Source of the DNA: Octopus vulgaris
Lineage: Eukaryota
Direction of reading: 5' to 3'
DNA length: 64,000 nt
Assembly (NCBI GenBank): GCA_951406725.2
Contig: OX597838.1
Coordinates: forward strand, 8,556,001-8,620,000
Made by a program: the position numbers and the translations under genes
Part shown: piece by piece, positions 59,539-64,000 of the stretch
Numbering within the stretch: the first letter of the stretch is position 1
Layout: every line of letters begins with the position of its first letter
The notes under the pieces: generated by a model
The model's database searches: none
The model's input: only the letters and a program-made list of their open reading frames with translations
Told to the model about the DNA's origin: nothing

Positions 59539-59699
59539 CAGTGTTATTATTAGGGGTTTAGGGTTGGCCATTGTGTAAGGAAAGATCTGACAATTAATAT
59601 TAATTATGCCATTTTATCCTCATCGAAATCGTCATCACTATCGTCATCATTTTCGGTTACTCATAATCCTTATGTTTATTTATTATCTTCATCGAAGAA

Positions 59700-60282
<583 letters not shown>

Positions 60283-61106
60283 AACGGTATCCATCGTTGT
60301 CGTCGCAGATGTCGTCACCCTTTGTATTCGTTTTTAATCTTTGCAGATGGGAAGAGACGATTAACTCACACCACAACCACCCTAACCCTAATCCTAACCC
60401 TAACCACCACTACCACCACCACCACAACCACCATTACCACCACCGCAACAACTAGTGGTCAAATGGAGTTTATATTTACGACTCCAGAAGCATGAGAGTC
60501 GAAGTTAATATCGACGGAATTTGAACTCTCGTTCCAAAGGACAATAACGCGTTATTACCAGGTATTTTATCGGTCCACCTTCCCTAAATATATTTCATTT
60601 CCTACACAGCTATAAATCCCTAAAAGTTTTGTAGAATTACACAGAGTAAAGTTTACATAATTATCTGACTAGGTTTTAATTTTAACGAACTCCGGAAGGA
60701 TAAAAAGGGTAAGCTGTCTTCGGTCGGATTTGAACGCACAATCTGAAGGTTCTTAAATACATACTCCATGTTCAAACCTACAATAGAGTGACTTTACTTT
60801 TCATCCTTCTTAGGTCTTCTTAGGTTTTCTCATAGGCCTGCCAAAATCCCAAGGGGTCCAAAATCCAAAGCTTAACTAATCCGGGTTCTATAGTGTATAG
60901 ATGAATGAGATTACAACACTCCCCATCTCCTGAATTGGACGATAGTCCCTCGCAGTGTCAACTCTCCTGCTATTAATACAACTCATTTTACAACTGAGTG
61001 AACTGGAGCAAAGATGAAATGAAGTCTCTTGCTCAAGAACACAACACACAATACACCACCCATAACAGACGTTGGCAGCTCAGCTTATTAGATTTATAGT
61101 GATGAC

Positions 61107-61363
61107 AGGCTTACAAAGAATAAGTCCTGGGGTCGATTTCTTCGACTAAAGGCAGTGCTCCAGCATGGTGGCAGTCAAATGACTGAAACGTGTAAAAAAG
61201 AGTATATATATATATATAGGCGCAGGAGTGGCTATGTGTAAGTAGCTTGCTTACCAACCACACGGTTCCGTGGCACCTTGGGAAAGTGTCTTGTACTATA
61301 GCCTCGGGCCGACCAAAGCCTTGTGAGTGGATTTGGTAGACGGAAACTGAAAGAAGCCTATCG

Positions 61364-61412
<49 letters not shown>

Positions 61413-61596
61413 TTGTGTGCCTGTGTTTGTCCCCCTAGCATTGCTTGACAACCGATGCTGGTGTGTTTACGTCCCTGTCACTTAGCGGTTCGGCAAAAGA
61501 AACTGATAGAATAAGTACGGGGTCGATTTGCTCGACTAAAGGCGGTGCTCCAGCATGGCCGCAGTCAAATGACTGAAACAAGTAAAAGAGTAAAAG

Positions 61597-61597
<1 letters not shown>
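61107..61597 (+). mobile_element. SINE A tail fragment followed by a near-full SINE A (61219-61597)
   Basis: Family match. Confidence 0.9.
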
Positions 61598-61657
<60 letters not shown>

Positions 61658-61939
61658 ACACACACTCACACACATACAACTTAGGTCTATGTCTGTCATA
61701 AGCCCAAGAACTTTTAAAGCTGGAGCCTAGGCCTGTTTCCATGACGTATAAGGAACCAAGGGGACAGCCCTCTTTTTTCCCCACTCCCAAAGTGGACGCT
61801 GGTCAATCGCAAAATTTCATCCATCAAGGCTCAATCAAATAAAGAACTAATCAAATAGTGCGATCGATATAATCGATATAATCATCTTTTCCCCTGCCCC
61901 ACCCGTCACATTTTTGGCCTCTGTGCCAACTTAGCAAAG

Positions 61940-62163
61940 CTGGAAGAGGCGACGGAGCACCGAACAAAATGCTTTTGTGCTATTAGTTCCGGCGTTCTGG
62001 GTTTTTTTTCCTTTACGTTTTGAGTTCAAATTCTGTCCACGTAGTCTTTGCTTTTTATCCCATCCGGGGGTCGATACAGCAAAATACCATTCAAGTACTG
62101 AGTCGATTGCTTCGACTAACCCCATCCTTTCAAAAGTTCTGGTCTTGGTGACTCAACCAGAAA
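61940..62163 (+). mobile_element. Highly degraded SINE B
   Basis: TTACGTTTTGAGTTCAAATTC..CTTTGCTTTT.ATCC..GGGGTCGATA. Confidence 0.6.
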
Positions 62164-62164
62164 C

Positions 62165-62238
<74 letters not shown>

Positions 62239-62490
62239 ACATTAATGCGATTAATTATGATTACTTGTCATCCTTTGACAACAGTATATTAATTATATAC
62301 GAGACTGTGCGATTGTATATATATATGTGTGTGTGTGTGTTTATACACACACACTCACACACATATATATGTATGAAAATATATATGTCTGTGTGTGTGT
62401 GCGTGTGTATATGTATGTGAGTATGTATGAGCATATGAATGCATATATGTATATATATGTGGGGACGGTGAACGCTTTGGTGTACATAGA

Positions 62491-62576
<86 letters not shown>

Positions 62577-62704
62577 TCTATGTACACATATATATATATA
62601 TATATATATATGACCGAATGTATGTCTGTGTGTCTGTCTGTGTGTGTGTGTACACACGTGAGTATGTGTGTGATTTTGTTTTTTAGTATGAATGTGTGTA
62701 GTGT

Positions 62705-62784
<80 letters not shown>

Positions 62785-63039
62785 TACACTTGAACACTGA
62801 ATAACCAGCAGATCTATTAGATCTTCATATAGAACACTAGCATATCAAACGATAATCAATAAGGCGATTAACTTGTCGGATGCATAACATAAACCAATGA
62901 TCACCTTCAGTTGAAGATCGAAGCATTTCTCGTCCATTAGAACCCGTAATCTACCCTGCCGATCGAAACTAATTCTTCTTAAAATTTAAAACTTCGTTTA
63001 AACTAATTCCTCTAATGCGTAGGTATACTTATATATAAG

Positions 63040-63071
<32 letters not shown>

Positions 63072-63138
63072 CATATATGTGTGCGTGTATGCATGTGTAC
63101 GTATGTGTATATAGATTTATATATATATATACATATAA

Positions 63139-63183
<45 letters not shown>

Positions 63184-63190
63184 TGTATAT

Positions 63191-63233
<43 letters not shown>

Positions 63234-63261
63234 TTATATATATATATATGTATATATATGT

Positions 63262-63319
<58 letters not shown>

Positions 63320-63589
63320 TCACTCGCACACACATAATTTATATCATTAAAATAATTTACATTACTTATTCCAGAAGCTTCTAAAGGTATTCTGTAATTT
63401 AATAGCGTTTATTAGCAAACGGATTCCTCGCCAGCACTTGTTGTTTTCGCGTTTCTCTCTACCATATGTTTCGACTTGTAATTCTAATATATAATGGCTA
63501 CAAGCAAGAATTCTTGAGGAGAATCTTTAAAACTTATGCAATAATTCTTTCCTTTTAGTTAATACACGCATACACATACACATACACAC

Positions 63590-63627
<38 letters not shown>

Positions 63628-63702
63628 ACATGTATATATATGATATAACATATATGTATATATATATATATATATTTGTATATACATATACATATATATG
63701 TG

Positions 63703-63760
<58 letters not shown>

Positions 63761-63903
63761 CATATATGTATGCATAGGCCTCGCTTAGATGCTGGGTTAG
63801 AGAGAATTCCACGCTTTCTTATAATATATAAATATATATTATAACAGACAAACAGATTGACAGACAGCAAGATAGACAGGCAGACAGACAGACAGACAGA
63901 CAA

Positions 63904-63961
<58 letters not shown>

Positions 63962-64000
63962 GGATTATAATATATATTATATAACATATATGTGTATATG

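Overview
Non-coding, AT-rich animal DNA dominated by microsatellites. The SINE families are ones I recall from Octopus, so this is probably an octopod intron or gene desert. I find no host protein-coding gene; almost all ORFs in the track are translated microsatellites. Recognisable content: three tRNA-derived SINE families in many copies; LINE fragments (CR1-like RT with YADD, RTE, two R4/Dong-like restriction-like endonucleases sitting in (AAT)n); a Penelope-like GIY-YIG fragment; two hAT MITEs with 8-bp TSDs; a pogo/Tigger-like end; and short unique islands that look like enhancers. The most striking signal is about ten type I hammerhead-ribozyme (HHR) motifs in short Penelope-like or retrozyme-like elements, mostly in (TA)n. 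They occur as fold-back palindromes (13.8, 37.5, 49.3 kb; a related 32.7 kb fold-back lacks the motif) or as terminally redundant monomers (27.3, 45.2 kb). Their cores covary at the tertiary 3-8 pair (C3-G8, G3-C8, U3-A8). All pairings and alignments were done by eye and were not computed.
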